From the NCBI GenBank assembly GCA_963762255.1, contig CAVXKA010000003.1:224001-288000 (forward strand): a stretch of DNA of 64,000 nt. The letters are read 5' to 3'. How positions within the stretch are numbered: position 1 is the first letter of the stretch; every line of letters begins with the position of its first letter. Source of the stretch: Candidatus Eiseniibacteriota bacterium. GTDB taxonomy: Bacteria; Eisenbacteria; RBG-16-71-46; JABDJR01. Under the pieces are notes generated by a model. That model did not search any database. It worked only from the letters and a program-made list of their open reading frames with translations, and was not told the DNA's origin. Below are positions 16,772-26,589 of the stretch, one piece after another. Both the position numbers and the translations under genes were made by a program.

Positions 16772-17646
16772 CGCGATCTCCTCGTCGCCTGGAACTCCAC
16801 GTTGTCGATGAGCCGCGTCCGGCCGAGGTACGCCGCGATGGGAATGAGCACGCGCCCTTCGACACGATCCAGGCTCTCGAGCTTGCGGGCGTCCACCACC
16901 GCCGCGTAGTCGAGACGCACGCGCGGCTCGACCGCCACCTCGCGACGGATCAGCGACAGAAGCTTGGCCGCGGAGTGTTCGCCTCCGCGCGCCGCGCGCT
17001 GCGCCCGGACAAGCGCTCGATGCAGCACCGGCGCAGCCCGCCGATCTTCCGGCGAAAGATAGACGTTGCGGCTCGACATGGCGAGTCCGTCGCGCTCGCG
17101 CCGGGTGGCTCCGCGCACGACCTTCACCGGCAGGTCGAGATCCTCCACCATCCGCTCGAGGATGACGGCCTGCTGGGCATCCTTCTGACCCAGGATCATG
17201 ACGTCGGGCTCCACGAGATGCAGGAGCTTCAGCACCACCAGCGTCACCCCGGCGAAATGCGTGGGCCGGGTTGCCCCCTCGAGCAGGCCCTCCAGCCCTG
17301 TCACCCGGACCTCGGTGCAGCGTCCCGAACGGTAGATGCGCTCGGCTGCGGGCACGAAACAGAGGTCCACGCCGACCCCGCGCGCCAGGGTCAGATCCCT
17401 GGGAAGGTCTCGCGGATAGGCGGCGAGATCTTCGGTGGGCGCGAACTGAGTGGGGTTGACGAAGATGCTGACTAGGACGCGATCCCCATGCCGGCGCGCC
17501 CGCCGCATGAGGCTCAGGTGACCCTCGTGGAAGTACCCCATGGTGGGAACGAACGCCACGCGCTGCCCATCGGCGCGCCATCCGCGCACGACGCGGCGCA
17601 GGACGGCCGGGTCCTTCACCACCCGCATCGGACCCGCCCCGCTCAT
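16768..17646 (-). CDS. panC: Pantoate-beta-alanine ligase
   Basis: FVPTMGYFHEGH, SIFVNPTQF, GQKDAQQ, GLAMSSRN and RLIDN motifs. Confidence 0.95.
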   Translation of the reverse strand: MSGAGPMRVVKDPAVLRRVVRGWRADGQRVAFVPTMGYFHEGHLSLMRRARRHGDRVLVSIFVNPTQFAPTEDLAAYPRDLPRDLTLARGVGVDLCFVPAAERIYRSGRCTEVRVTGLEGLLEGATRPTHFAGVTLVVLKLLHLVEPDVMILGQKDAQQAVILERMVEDLDLPVKVVRGATRRERDGLAMSSRNVYLSPEDRRAAPVLHRALVRAQRAARGGEHSAAKLLSLIRREVAVEPRVRLDYAAVVDARKLESLDRVEGRVLIPIAAYLGRTRLIDNVEFQATRRSR

Positions 17647-18443
17647 TTGGCGTAGGTTTCTTCGGGGCCGGGGAACCGCCGCGCCCGTACGTCCTCGGCG
17701 TAGCGGCGAACCGCGTCCTCCATGACGGAGTGAAGGTCGGCGTAGCGGCGCACGAACTTGGGCACCGAGGGCGGCATGCCGAGGAGATCGGTGACGACCA
17801 GGATCTGCCCGTCGCACGCCGAGCCCGCGCCGATCCCGATGGTGGGGATCGCGACGGACTCGGTCACCCGGGCGGCGAGCCCGGCGGGGATCCCTTCCAG
17901 CACGATCGAGAAGCAGCCGGTCGCCTCCAGCGCGCGCGCGTCTTCGATCAGTCGCTCGGCCGCGTCGGGAGCGCGCCCCTGAACGCGATACCCCCCGAAG
18001 CGCAGCACCGACTGCGGGGTGAGACCGAGATGTCCCATGACGGGAATCTCCGCCTCGATGAGCGCGCGCACATGCGCAAGCCGCTCGCGTCCGCCTTCGA
18101 GCTTGACCCCGTCCGCCCCCGCCTCCTGAACGAGCCGTCCGGCGTTGCGGATCGTCTCCTCGGGGTTGATGTGATAGGTCAGGTAGGGCATGTCCGCGAT
18201 CACCAGCGATCGGGGTCGGGCCCGGGTGACGGCAGCGCAATGGTGGAACACATCGTCCAGGGTCACCGGCAAGGTGCTGTCGTAGCCGAGCACCACGTTG
18301 CCCAGGGAGTCACCCACCAGAATGAGATCCACTCCCGCGCCGCTCAGGATCCCCGCGGTCAGCACGTCGTAGGCGGTGAGACAGACGAGCGGATCTCTTC
18401 CCTTGCGCGCCCGGAATTCGGGAACGGTCATGCGGGCGGTCAT
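17643..18443 (-). CDS. panB: 3-methyl-2-oxobutanoate hydroxymethyltransferase
   Basis: LTAYD, LVGDSLG, VKLEGG, HLGLTPQ and IGIGAG..CDGQ motifs. Confidence 0.96.
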   Translation of the reverse strand: MTARMTVPEFRARKGRDPLVCLTAYDVLTAGILSGAGVDLILVGDSLGNVVLGYDSTLPVTLDDVFHHCAAVTRARPRSLVIADMPYLTYHINPEETIRNAGRLVQEAGADGVKLEGGRERLAHVRALIEAEIPVMGHLGLTPQSVLRFGGYRVQGRAPDAAERLIEDARALEATGCFSIVLEGIPAGLAARVTESVAIPTIGIGAGSACDGQILVVTDLLGMPPSVPKFVRRYADLHSVMEDAVRRYAEDVRARRFPGPEETYAK

Positions 18444-19100
18444 TCAGCGACCCTCCTCACCGAGCGGCCGGTAATAGACGATGCCCCCCGTGTGCTCTTC
18501 GATCCTGCTGATGAGGTCGTTGCGCTGGTCGAGATTCTGAACGAAGTCCACGCCGTTGGTATCCACCACGAGGAGCGGCGCCGCGTCGTAGTGGAAGAAG
18601 AAGAAGTTGTAGGCCTCGTTGAGTGCGGTGATGTAGGCCTCGTCCATCTCCACCTCGTAGGGGCGGGCGCGTCGATGGATCCGCTCCAAGAGCGTCGGGG
18701 TGGAAGCCTGCAGGTAGACGACGAGATCGGGCGTGGGCACGTCGCGCTCGAGGATCGGAAAGAGCTTGTCGTAAAGGAAGAGTTCCTTGTCCGTGAGGTT
18801 GACGTTGGCGAAGATGCGGTCCTTCTGGAAGAGATAGTCGCTCACCACTCGTGGCGAGAAGATGTCGCGCTGCAGGAGCCGCTGCTGCTGCTGATACCGC
18901 GAGAGGAGGAAGGTCACCTGGGTCTGGAAGGCATAGCGCCGCCGGTCCCGGTAGAACTCCTCGAGGTAGGGGTTTTCCTCGAACTCTTCCCGCACCAGAA
19001 CTGCCTTCCACAGATCGCTGAGATAGGAAGCGAGGGTGGTCTTCCCGACTCCGATCACCCCTTCGATGACCACGAACTGCTTGACGCGCGTCTGGGTCAT
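18444..19100 (-). CDS. Deoxynucleoside kinase (dCK/dGK family)
   Basis: IEGVIGVGKTT, ENPYL..FY, FQTQVTFLLSR, PDLVVYLQA and R.RPYE motifs. Confidence 0.9.
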   Translation of the reverse strand: MTQTRVKQFVVIEGVIGVGKTTLASYLSDLWKAVLVREEFEENPYLEEFYRDRRRYAFQTQVTFLLSRYQQQQRLLQRDIFSPRVVSDYLFQKDRIFANVNLTDKELFLYDKLFPILERDVPTPDLVVYLQASTPTLLERIHRRARPYEVEMDEAYITALNEAYNFFFFHYDAAPLLVVDTNGVDFVQNLDQRNDLISRIEEHTGGIVYYRPLGEEGR

Positions 19101-19594
19101 GGCTGGAGAAACCCCCGCCAGCGAACCGGGGACGTGGCGCGGCGGCGGCGCAGAAGATCGCAGATCCGTTGTCCGGTGCGCGGGTCCACCCACATGGGGT
19201 CCAGCTCGCCGAGCGGCACGAGCACGAAGTCGCGCTCCAGGAGGCGCGGATGCGGCACCTCGAGATCCGGTTCCCGGATCGTCTCGCCGCCGAAGAAGAG
19301 AATGTCGAGATCGATGGTACGAGGCCCGGAGCGCCGCGCGCGCGGCCGCCCCAGGCGCGACTCGATCAACTGGAGGTTCCACAGCAGCCGCTGCGCGGAC
19401 AGCGCGGTCGCCAGTTCCGCCACGGCGTTGAGGTAGCGCGGCTCACCCGGGTCGCCGATCGGCTCCGAGTCGTAGGTGGAGGAGACACGGACCAGCTTGG
19501 TCTCGGGGATCGACGCCATCGCCTCGAGGGCGCGGCGCAAGTGCCCGACCCGGTCGCCGAGATTGGACCCAAGGCCGACGAAAACCTTCGTCAT
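19097..19594 (-). CDS. folK: 2-amino-4-hydroxy-6-hydroxymethyldihydropteridine diphosphokinase
   Basis: GLGSNLG, YLNAV, GPRTIDLDIL and VPHPRL..R.FVL.PL motifs. Confidence 0.95.
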   Translation of the reverse strand: MTKVFVGLGSNLGDRVGHLRRALEAMASIPETKLVRVSSTYDSEPIGDPGEPRYLNAVAELATALSAQRLLWNLQLIESRLGRPRARRSGPRTIDLDILFFGGETIREPDLEVPHPRLLERDFVLVPLGELDPMWVDPRTGQRICDLLRRRRATSPVRWRGFLQP

Positions 19595-19953
19595 CGTTCT
19601 CGCACCATCTCCACTTCCGCGGAGGCCAGGCTCCCGGCAAAAGGGACATTGGGTTTGCGGATCCGAACTCGCGCGCGTGTCGCCGGCGAGGTTCGGAGCA
19701 GCTCGCGGATCAGCGAATCGGCCAGCGACTCCAGGAGACGATAGCGCGACTGCTCCACCACCGACGCGATCGTCCGGTACACGGTCTCGTAGTTGATGGT
19801 GTCGGCGAGATGGTCGCTGTGCGCGGCCGTCTCGAGGTCGGCGGTCAGGTCCACGTCGATGTGGATGCGCTGACCGACTTCCCGCTCCGCCTCGGTCACG
19901 CCCAAGTGGGCGAACAGCACGATATCGTTAAGCCGCACATGGTCCGCGGTCAA
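19591..19953 (-). CDS. folB: Dihydroneopterin aldolase
   Basis: HLGV...ER..GQ, DTINY, LLESLA and IRKP motifs; TTG start with SD GGAGG. Confidence 0.9.
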   Translation of the reverse strand: MTADHVRLNDIVLFAHLGVTEAEREVGQRIHIDVDLTADLETAAHSDHLADTINYETVYRTIASVVEQSRYRLLESLADSLIRELLRTSPATRARVRIRKPNVPFAGSLASAEVEMVRER

Positions 19954-20123
19954 GCGCCCCTCCCCGTTCAGGAAAGCTGAACACCTTACGAGGCAATGAC
20001 TTAGGTGTCAAGCCGAAAGCCGCGCGAATCGACCGCAACGAGGCGACGCGTCCGCGGTGCATCCCGGGCTGGCGGGGGTCCCCGCCACCGCCGATAAATC
20101 GGGAGAGGTTGCACGCATCACCC

Positions 20124-21599
20124 ATGTCCGACTCGAACACACTCCTCTGGATGTCACTGGAACTCGATCCCGGGACTGCAGGCTACTTTGGGCTGCCGGA
20201 GCGCGTCTACGTGCCCGCCGGCACGTCGACCCCCTTTCTCGCCGACACCGACCGCCAAGTCACGCTGGACGGTCTGGCTCGCGCGCTGGAGGCCGCGGGT
20301 CCTCACGTGCCGGAGCAGGCCGGGCGCTTCGAGGTGATGCGATTCCTCGCGCGCTGGCCGCGCTACGCCGCGTTGGGGCGATACCTGCGCGTCGGCAACG
20401 AGACGTTCGCCCGACAGGTGGCGGAAAAGCTGATCGAGGACGATCCGCGCGATCCACCCGCGCTCGGGGCGCTGGCCGTTCTGGCTGCCCGTCGGGGGCA
20501 GTGGGAAGAGGCGAGCGCGCTTCTCGCTCGCGCGCTCGAGGAAGCTCCGTCGCACGCCCCCACCCACCTCCAGCATGCCCTTGCGCTCGCCGCCTGCGGC
20601 GACCGAAGGGGATCGCTCCTCGAACTCGATCCCCTCACCCGCCACCCGCGCGTGCAGGGGCCCGCCCGTCTGTGGAGGCACGAGATCGAAGCAGCACCGG
20701 ATGGAGAGCTGGCTGACCGTGTCGCACGCGGCATCGCGGCCTTCCAAGCGCTTCAGGGCAACGAGGCCCACGATGAGGCTTGGGTCACACTGCGGGGCGC
20801 GTTCCCGGAAAACCCGGAGGCGCTGCTCGCAGCGGCGGTCTCGCTGCGTGCGCGCGACGACGGCGATACGGAGATCCTTCTGCGCCGAGCCCTCGCGCTC
20901 GACGGGGGCCTCGCTCCGGCGCTGGCCCTTCTCGCCGAGATCCTCTGCCGGACCGCGCGCGCGGCGGAGGCGCTCGCCCTCCTGACCCCCGCTGCACGGG
21001 TCACGCCGGCCGACCCGATCGTCCAAGCCGCTCTGGCCCGGACTCTCGAAGAACTCGGACGCCCCGCAGACGCGCTGGCGAGCTATCGCGCCGTCTTCGA
21101 GCACCCGCTGGCCAAGGTGCCGGCGAGCGCGATGCTCGCGGCCGGGGATGGATTCCTGCGACTCCTCCCTCCCCTCGAAACTCGGCGAGCCTTCGAGGAC
21201 GCTCTCGCCGCGCGGCCCGACGACGCCGTTCCCCATCTTCTGCTCGCGCGCATCGATGCTGCGGAAGGCGGCACGGCCGCCGCGGAGCGCAGACTGCGTC
21301 AGGCAATTCGCGCTTGCGGTCCCCTCCCCGCCCTCCAATACGCTCTGGGCGATGTCCTGGCGCAAGCCGGACGCCGCGTGGAGGCAGAGGGGCTCTTTCG
21401 CGTCCTGACGCGCCGTCATCCGCGCTCGTCCTGGGGGTACCGAGGACTGGGGGATCTTGCGCTGGCCGCGGAGCCCGATCGCGCGCTGGTCTACTACGCG
21501 ACAGCGCTCGAGTTGGACCCCTGGACACCGATCCCCGCGTTCCAGCCCCTGCGCGATGCGCGCAGAAGACCGCCTAAGGGAGAACCACCACCCGTCTGA
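20124..21599 (+). CDS. Tetratricopeptide-repeat protein
   Basis: Repeated Ala/Leu-rich helical TPR-like units (ALGALAVLA..RGQWEEA; ALGDVLAQAGRRVEAE; GLGDLAL...ALVYY..ALELDP). Confidence 0.7.
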   Translation: MSDSNTLLWMSLELDPGTAGYFGLPERVYVPAGTSTPFLADTDRQVTLDGLARALEAAGPHVPEQAGRFEVMRFLARWPRYAALGRYLRVGNETFARQVAEKLIEDDPRDPPALGALAVLAARRGQWEEASALLARALEEAPSHAPTHLQHALALAACGDRRGSLLELDPLTRHPRVQGPARLWRHEIEAAPDGELADRVARGIAAFQALQGNEAHDEAWVTLRGAFPENPEALLAAAVSLRARDDGDTEILLRRALALDGGLAPALALLAEILCRTARAAEALALLTPAARVTPADPIVQAALARTLEELGRPADALASYRAVFEHPLAKVPASAMLAAGDGFLRLLPPLETRRAFEDALAARPDDAVPHLLLARIDAAEGGTAAAERRLRQAIRACGPLPALQYALGDVLAQAGRRVEAEGLFRVLTRRHPRSSWGYRGLGDLALAAEPDRALVYYATALELDPWTPIPAFQPLRDARRRPPKGEPPPV

Positions 21600-24123
21600 C
21601 CCGGCTGTGCGGGCTCGGGGGCATGGAGGCTCCCGCGCCCGCAAGCACAGGGTTCGCGAATTCGAGTGTCATCCTCAAGAAATACACGCCGGCGGGGACG
21701 CGCCGGCCGTCGTCGCCGGTGAGATCCCAGACCGCGAGTCGTTCTTCTCCCCCGATCGAGAAGGCGCTCTCCCCGATGTTTCGGATGTGTCGGCCGACCG
21801 TGTCGAAGGCCTCCAGGCGAAACACGCCGCCGGCGGGCGAAGCGGGAACGTAGAAGCTGACCCGCACGCGGTCACGGGCGGGATTGGGATCGGGCGCGCG
21901 CAGCATGAACTGGGGAGATCCGGGAGTGAGCACCCGCAGGGTGTCCAGGTCCTCCTCGAGATCCGCCTCGTCGCGGACCGCCACGCGATAGACGTGCAGT
22001 CGTCCCGGCTCGGCATCGACGTCCACGACCTCGTAAGGGTTGCGCCCGCGCATGGCGAATTGGGACAACGCCTGGTAGGGTCCCTCTTCCGAGAACGCCT
22101 TGTACACCCGGTACCGTACGTCCCCTTGCTCCTTGCCCACGTACCAGCTCACGTGGATGCCGTCTTGGCGGATCTCCGCTTCGCTGAGGGATAGAAGCAC
22201 GATCGGAGCCACCGCGGCTCCGGTTCGCATCAGACAAATCGGGAGTCCGGTGCGCTGGTCCACTCCGGATTCTCCGCGTGCGTCCAGACGCGCGACCGCC
22301 TGATCGAAGGTCAGGCGCGGAAACCGCTGGAGAAGTAGAGCCACCGTCCCCGTCACCTGAGGCGCTGCCATGCTCGTTCCCTGACTCGTCCAATACCAAC
22401 GATCCGGAGACGAGAAGGTCAGGATTTCGGCAGGAGTCCAGACCGCGTCGGAGAGGGCGGAAGAGCGCGCGGAAACGATGCCGTAGCCGGGAGCGTAGAT
22501 CTCCGGCTTCTGCCGTCCGTCAGAGGTTGGACCGCGGCTCGTGAACGCCGCCACGTCCCCCACCCGGGGCTGCGCTTCGTAGCACTGCTCGCCTCCCTTC
22601 GCATCCGTCCAGCAGCTTCGGGTGGAAATCGCGCCCACTGCGATCACTTCCGGTGCGGTGGCGGGGGAGATCACGGTCTCCTCGGCGTCGACGGCGTCGA
22701 GGAACCGGGGCATCGTTTCCAGATCGGTGCGCCAGTTCACCACCCACCAATCCATCTCGGCGGCCTCCACCGTCGTGAGAGGTTCCACGCGCAAGGTCCA
22801 TGTGCCGGTCGCCCGTCGAACGCTGTTGGGATTGTCCTCGATCTCTACGAGAAACGTGCCGAACCCCTGGTCCTCGGTGTTCCATCCCCTCACGATGCCG
22901 CGCGTCGAGGTGAACTCCGCTTCCGTGTCGCCGGGGACGATAGGGCCCAAGGCAATCCCATCGGGATCGACAACCGTCAGCGCATAGCGGTCGCGCGCGT
23001 CGAACCACGCCTCCGCGTCGACGAACGACAGACCGTCGGAGTTCTTCGTGTAGTCGGGAAACTCCACTCGAAGCGCGATCGTCTCGCCGGGAACCGGACG
23101 GATCTCCGCATGCAGCGCGCGCTGTGCGTCGTTGCCGGCCGCAGCCACCAGCAGCCGCCCCGGTCCAAGGGTCGACCGCAGCGAGCGCTCGAAGGGCGTG
23201 TCCCCTCGGTGCGGGCCGAACTGATTGCCGAGGGAGAGGTTCACCACCGCGGGGAGACCCAGGGCGTCGGCCTGCCGAAAGATGTACCGCACCGCCAGCG
23301 CGACACCGACCTCGGTGAAGTTCGTGCGGACGGCGACCAACGTGGCCTCGGGGGCGATCCCGGCGTACCGCACGCCGTGCCCGCGCCGCAGAGAAGCGCG
23401 ACCGTTGCCTGCGGCGATGCCGAGCACGTGCGTACCGTGTCCGTCGATGTCGTAGCCCTGAAGGGTTCCTTGATCGATCACCTCGGCATCGTACTCGTAG
23501 CCGTACGGATATCCGGCGGGGGGCGTGCCGAGCGGTTCGGTCTGATCCCAGTACTTGTAGAGCCTGGTGTGGCCGGAGAGATCCCGGAAGTCGGGGTGCA
23601 GCCAATCGATCCCGCTGTCCGCGATCCCGATGACAACGCCTCGGCCGGTGACGCCGGTGAACGCGCCCGTCTCCTGATCCATGCGGCGAATCTGCGGCAA
23701 CCCGAGATAGGGGCCGCTCTGATCGAGCGCGGGCCACACCGGGCGGGCGAGCCGCGCGGAGGTGAGGGCTCCATCGTTCACGAGGCGGCGCAATCCGGCG
23801 AGGGTGACGCGCGCGGCATAGAGCCGCTCTCCCATCGCGGTCGCCTCGACCCCGTCGCCCCCCGGCGGCCGACCGTCCGTCTCCAGAAACACCTCCATCC
23901 GGTCGGACCCGTCGGTGGAGAGTGCGGCGAGAAGACCGCGAGGCAAGATGGCGGGGCTGCCGCCGGCCTGCGCCGCGCTCAGCAGGCCCGCATCGTCGCT
24001 CGCGGGGCGCGACAGGAGGCGCCGCAGGGCCGGATCGAGGGCGACCCCTGCGGGGCCTGGGGCGGAACCCCCGAGGACCGCGGCCAGAATGGCGAGAAGA
24101 GCAATCTTGCGAATGGTGTTCAT
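21574..24123 (-). CDS. Secreted S8 subtilisin-like serine peptidase with a C-terminal FlgD-Ig/T9SS-like sorting domain
   Basis: Signal peptide; triad IADSG, HGTHVLGIAAG, GTSMAAP; AAAGN oxyanion motif; C-terminal PNPAR...FDTVGR...WD...G..VPAGVYF. Confidence 0.9.
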   Translation of the reverse strand: MNTIRKIALLAILAAVLGGSAPGPAGVALDPALRRLLSRPASDDAGLLSAAQAGGSPAILPRGLLAALSTDGSDRMEVFLETDGRPPGGDGVEATAMGERLYAARVTLAGLRRLVNDGALTSARLARPVWPALDQSGPYLGLPQIRRMDQETGAFTGVTGRGVVIGIADSGIDWLHPDFRDLSGHTRLYKYWDQTEPLGTPPAGYPYGYEYDAEVIDQGTLQGYDIDGHGTHVLGIAAGNGRASLRRGHGVRYAGIAPEATLVAVRTNFTEVGVALAVRYIFRQADALGLPAVVNLSLGNQFGPHRGDTPFERSLRSTLGPGRLLVAAAGNDAQRALHAEIRPVPGETIALRVEFPDYTKNSDGLSFVDAEAWFDARDRYALTVVDPDGIALGPIVPGDTEAEFTSTRGIVRGWNTEDQGFGTFLVEIEDNPNSVRRATGTWTLRVEPLTTVEAAEMDWWVVNWRTDLETMPRFLDAVDAEETVISPATAPEVIAVGAISTRSCWTDAKGGEQCYEAQPRVGDVAAFTSRGPTSDGRQKPEIYAPGYGIVSARSSALSDAVWTPAEILTFSSPDRWYWTSQGTSMAAPQVTGTVALLLQRFPRLTFDQAVARLDARGESGVDQRTGLPICLMRTGAAVAPIVLLSLSEAEIRQDGIHVSWYVGKEQGDVRYRVYKAFSEEGPYQALSQFAMRGRNPYEVVDVDAEPGRLHVYRVAVRDEADLEEDLDTLRVLTPGSPQFMLRAPDPNPARDRVRVSFYVPASPAGGVFRLEAFDTVGRHIRNIGESAFSIGGEERLAVWDLTGDDGRRVPAGVYFLRMTLEFANPVLAGAGASMPPSPHSRVRRVVVLP

Positions 24124-24184
24124 GCCGATCGTAAGCCCGCCATGAAGGTAGCACGCCGAGGGCCCTCAACCTAGAATCTCCGTC

Positions 24185-25228
24185 ATGAGACCGTATGCCA
24201 TCTTCGGGGCCGGAGCGGTGGGCTCGGCGCTGGCCGCTTACCTCGCCCGAGCCGGGCATGCGGTCGTGATCGTGGGGCGTCCCGCGCACCTGGACGCCAT
24301 TCGCGCCCAAGGCGGGCTGCGCACGGTCGCTCGGGACGGTACCTTCACAGCCCCGGTGCGCGCGGCCGCATCGCTTCCTGAAGACCTCGCTCCGGACGCG
24401 GTACTCATGCTCGCGGTGCAAGCGCCCGATGTGCGCGTCGCGGCGGAGGCGGTCGCGCCGGCCGCCCGCACTCGCGAGGTGATCACCTGGCAGAACGGCA
24501 TCCGCGCCGAAGCGACGGCGGCCCCGTTCTGTCCGCAACTTCTCGGCGGGGTCGTCCGCTTCACCGCCACGCTCCTCGTCCCCGGCGAAGTGCGGCTACG
24601 TCGTCCCGGCCAGCTCATCGTGGGGCGCCACCCCGAGGGGCCCGACTCCGCCGCGGCATCCATCGTCGAGGACCTGCGCGCGGCGGGCTTCACCGCGTCC
24701 GAATCCCCGCGCATCGCCGAGGACAAGGCGCTCAAGCTTCTCGTGAACCTGGTGAGCGGCCCGCCGGTTCTCCTGCGCCGGACCGGAATCGAGCCGGTGC
24801 TCGCGCGCGTGCAGGTCGCCGTGCTCGAGGAAGCGGTGCACGTGTTCGCCGCGGCGGGTATCGCCGCCCGCCCGGCTTCGGGCCTGGGACAACCGGTCGA
24901 GGAACTACTCGCCCACTTTCGCGCCGGCGGCTCCGCCCCGGACACGAGCGGGGGCATCTACAACTCGACGTGGCAGAATCTCCATCATCACCGGCCCCGA
25001 CTCGAAAACGACTTCTACCACGGCGAGATCGTGCGGCTCGGGGCGCTGCACGGAGTTCCCACGCCGGTCAACGCGCGGGCGTTGGAGACGCTGGAAGATG
25101 TGCGCCGTCAAGGACTCGGACCGGAGCCCTTCGACCGCGACGCCTTCAAGGCCCGTTTCGCGGGTGTGATAGATTTCGACGCGCGCACCGAGGAGCCGCT
25201 GCCGCCCCTGCCGGGGCTGGAGATCTAG
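24185..25228 (+). CDS. Ketopantoate reductase (PanE/ApbA) family protein
   Basis: GAGAVG Rossmann motif, WQNGI, KLLVNL, and STWQNL...END..HGEIV (divergent SMxQD/E.D motif). Confidence 0.75.
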   Translation: MRPYAIFGAGAVGSALAAYLARAGHAVVIVGRPAHLDAIRAQGGLRTVARDGTFTAPVRAAASLPEDLAPDAVLMLAVQAPDVRVAAEAVAPAARTREVITWQNGIRAEATAAPFCPQLLGGVVRFTATLLVPGEVRLRRPGQLIVGRHPEGPDSAAASIVEDLRAAGFTASESPRIAEDKALKLLVNLVSGPPVLLRRTGIEPVLARVQVAVLEEAVHVFAAAGIAARPASGLGQPVEELLAHFRAGGSAPDTSGGIYNSTWQNLHHHRPRLENDFYHGEIVRLGALHGVPTPVNARALETLEDVRRQGLGPEPFDRDAFKARFAGVIDFDARTEEPLPPLPGLEI

Positions 25229-25280
25229 CCGCCCGCACGGTCCGGGACTGGCAGTGCAAAGCCCGGTATTCCGGCGGCGC

Positions 25281-26069
25281 TCAGAGCATCCCGGCGAAGA
25301 GATCCTCCACGGGACGTGCCGTCCCATCGGGAAGCGGGACCCGCGCGGCGCTGAGCACGAATCCCTCCGTGCTCCATTGCTCGGTCAGATCGCCGAGGCG
25401 GCGCTCCATATCGTGGACGAACGGCGCCTGCGAAGCATGCGCGCGCACCGCCGCGCGCTTGACCGGAACGAACGCGCGCACATCCAGGAGAGCATCCAAC
25501 TCACTGTCCGGTACGCTGTGGATGTGTCGCCAGGTGATGCGCTCCGCTTTCGACTCCGCAACGCAGTAGGTCCAGAGCCGCGAGGCAGCGTGCGGCGCGC
25601 CGAGGTCGGGCGCGTATGCGGGATCGGCGGCACGTTCGAAGGCCGCTATCGATCGCGCGGTAACGGTTCGGTGGTCGGGATGGCCGCTGATGCCGTTGGC
25701 GTGAAACGTCATCACGATGTCGGGTCGCACGCGCCGCACCGCGCGCACGAAGGGACGCAGAAGGGTTTCCTCAGCGAGACGGGCCAGCCCTCCGTCGGGA
25801 AGCGCGAGCTGCTCGAGCGATCGCGCGCCGAGGGCGCTCGCCGCCGCGGCCATCTCCCGCTCTCGGAGTTCTCCCAAAGCCCGCCGCCCGAGCGACGCCG
25901 AGGTTCCGATCGTGCCGGCCTCCCCGCGCGTCGCGGTGACGAAGTGGACTTCGTGCCCCTCCGCGGTCAGGCGCGCCAGCGTTGCTCCCGGTCCGAAGGT
26001 CTCGTCATCCGGATGGGCGAAAAGACCGAGCACGGCGAAGCGGCGCGAGGGTGAAACCATGTCTGGCAA
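25281..26069 (-). CDS. PIG-L/LmbE family deacetylase (MshB/BshB-like)
   Basis: AHPDDE, TRGEAG, REM..A, GHPDH and HASQ motifs. Confidence 0.9.
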   Translation of the reverse strand: MPDMVSPSRRFAVLGLFAHPDDETFGPGATLARLTAEGHEVHFVTATRGEAGTIGTSASLGRRALGELREREMAAAASALGARSLEQLALPDGGLARLAEETLLRPFVRAVRRVRPDIVMTFHANGISGHPDHRTVTARSIAAFERAADPAYAPDLGAPHAASRLWTYCVAESKAERITWRHIHSVPDSELDALLDVRAFVPVKRAAVRAHASQAPFVHDMERRLGDLTEQWSTEGFVLSAARVPLPDGTARPVEDLFAGML

Positions 26070-26123
26070 TTCAATCCTCTGGACGTGGAATGGCGGGAGC
26101 CCGCGACGCCACGGATCGCCCGC

Positions 26124-26489
26124 TCACGCCCGAGGACTTCCGGGGTCGGGCAGGTCCGTGCCGGTGCGGATCGCCGGCGCCTCGGCGAGTTCCACGACCA
26201 CTTCGCCCGCCTCGACGGATACCCGGTGGACCGCGACGAAGGCCTCGTCGTCGAACGGCGAGAGCCCGCTCTTCAAGTCGAAGCACCAGCCGTGCCACGG
26301 GCAGACCACATTCTCCCCGTCCAGGTATCCCTCGGAGAGGCTCGCACCCATGTGCGGGCAAGCGTCGTCCACGACGAACACGCGCTCCCCGCGCCGGTAA
26401 ACGGCGAGGACGATGCCGTCCACCGTGACGCGAGAGCCCTCCGATTCGGAGAGCGCCGCAAGAGGGCCAATGTCGTGGCGACCGGACAT
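26124..26489 (-). CDS. Rieske [2Fe-2S] ferredoxin
   Basis: CPHMG...CPWHGW.F Rieske motifs. Confidence 0.92.
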   Translation of the reverse strand: MSGRHDIGPLAALSESEGSRVTVDGIVLAVYRRGERVFVVDDACPHMGASLSEGYLDGENVVCPWHGWCFDLKSGLSPFDDEAFVAVHRVSVEAGEVVVELAEAPAIRTGTDLPDPGSPRA

Positions 26490-26589
26490 GGAGTTCTCCT
26501 TGCGCTTGGGATGCCCGAATAGATCGGGGGAGTTGCGGCGAAGTTTAGCTCTCGCCTCGCTCCCACTTTCGCCGCCGGGCGGCCGGAAC

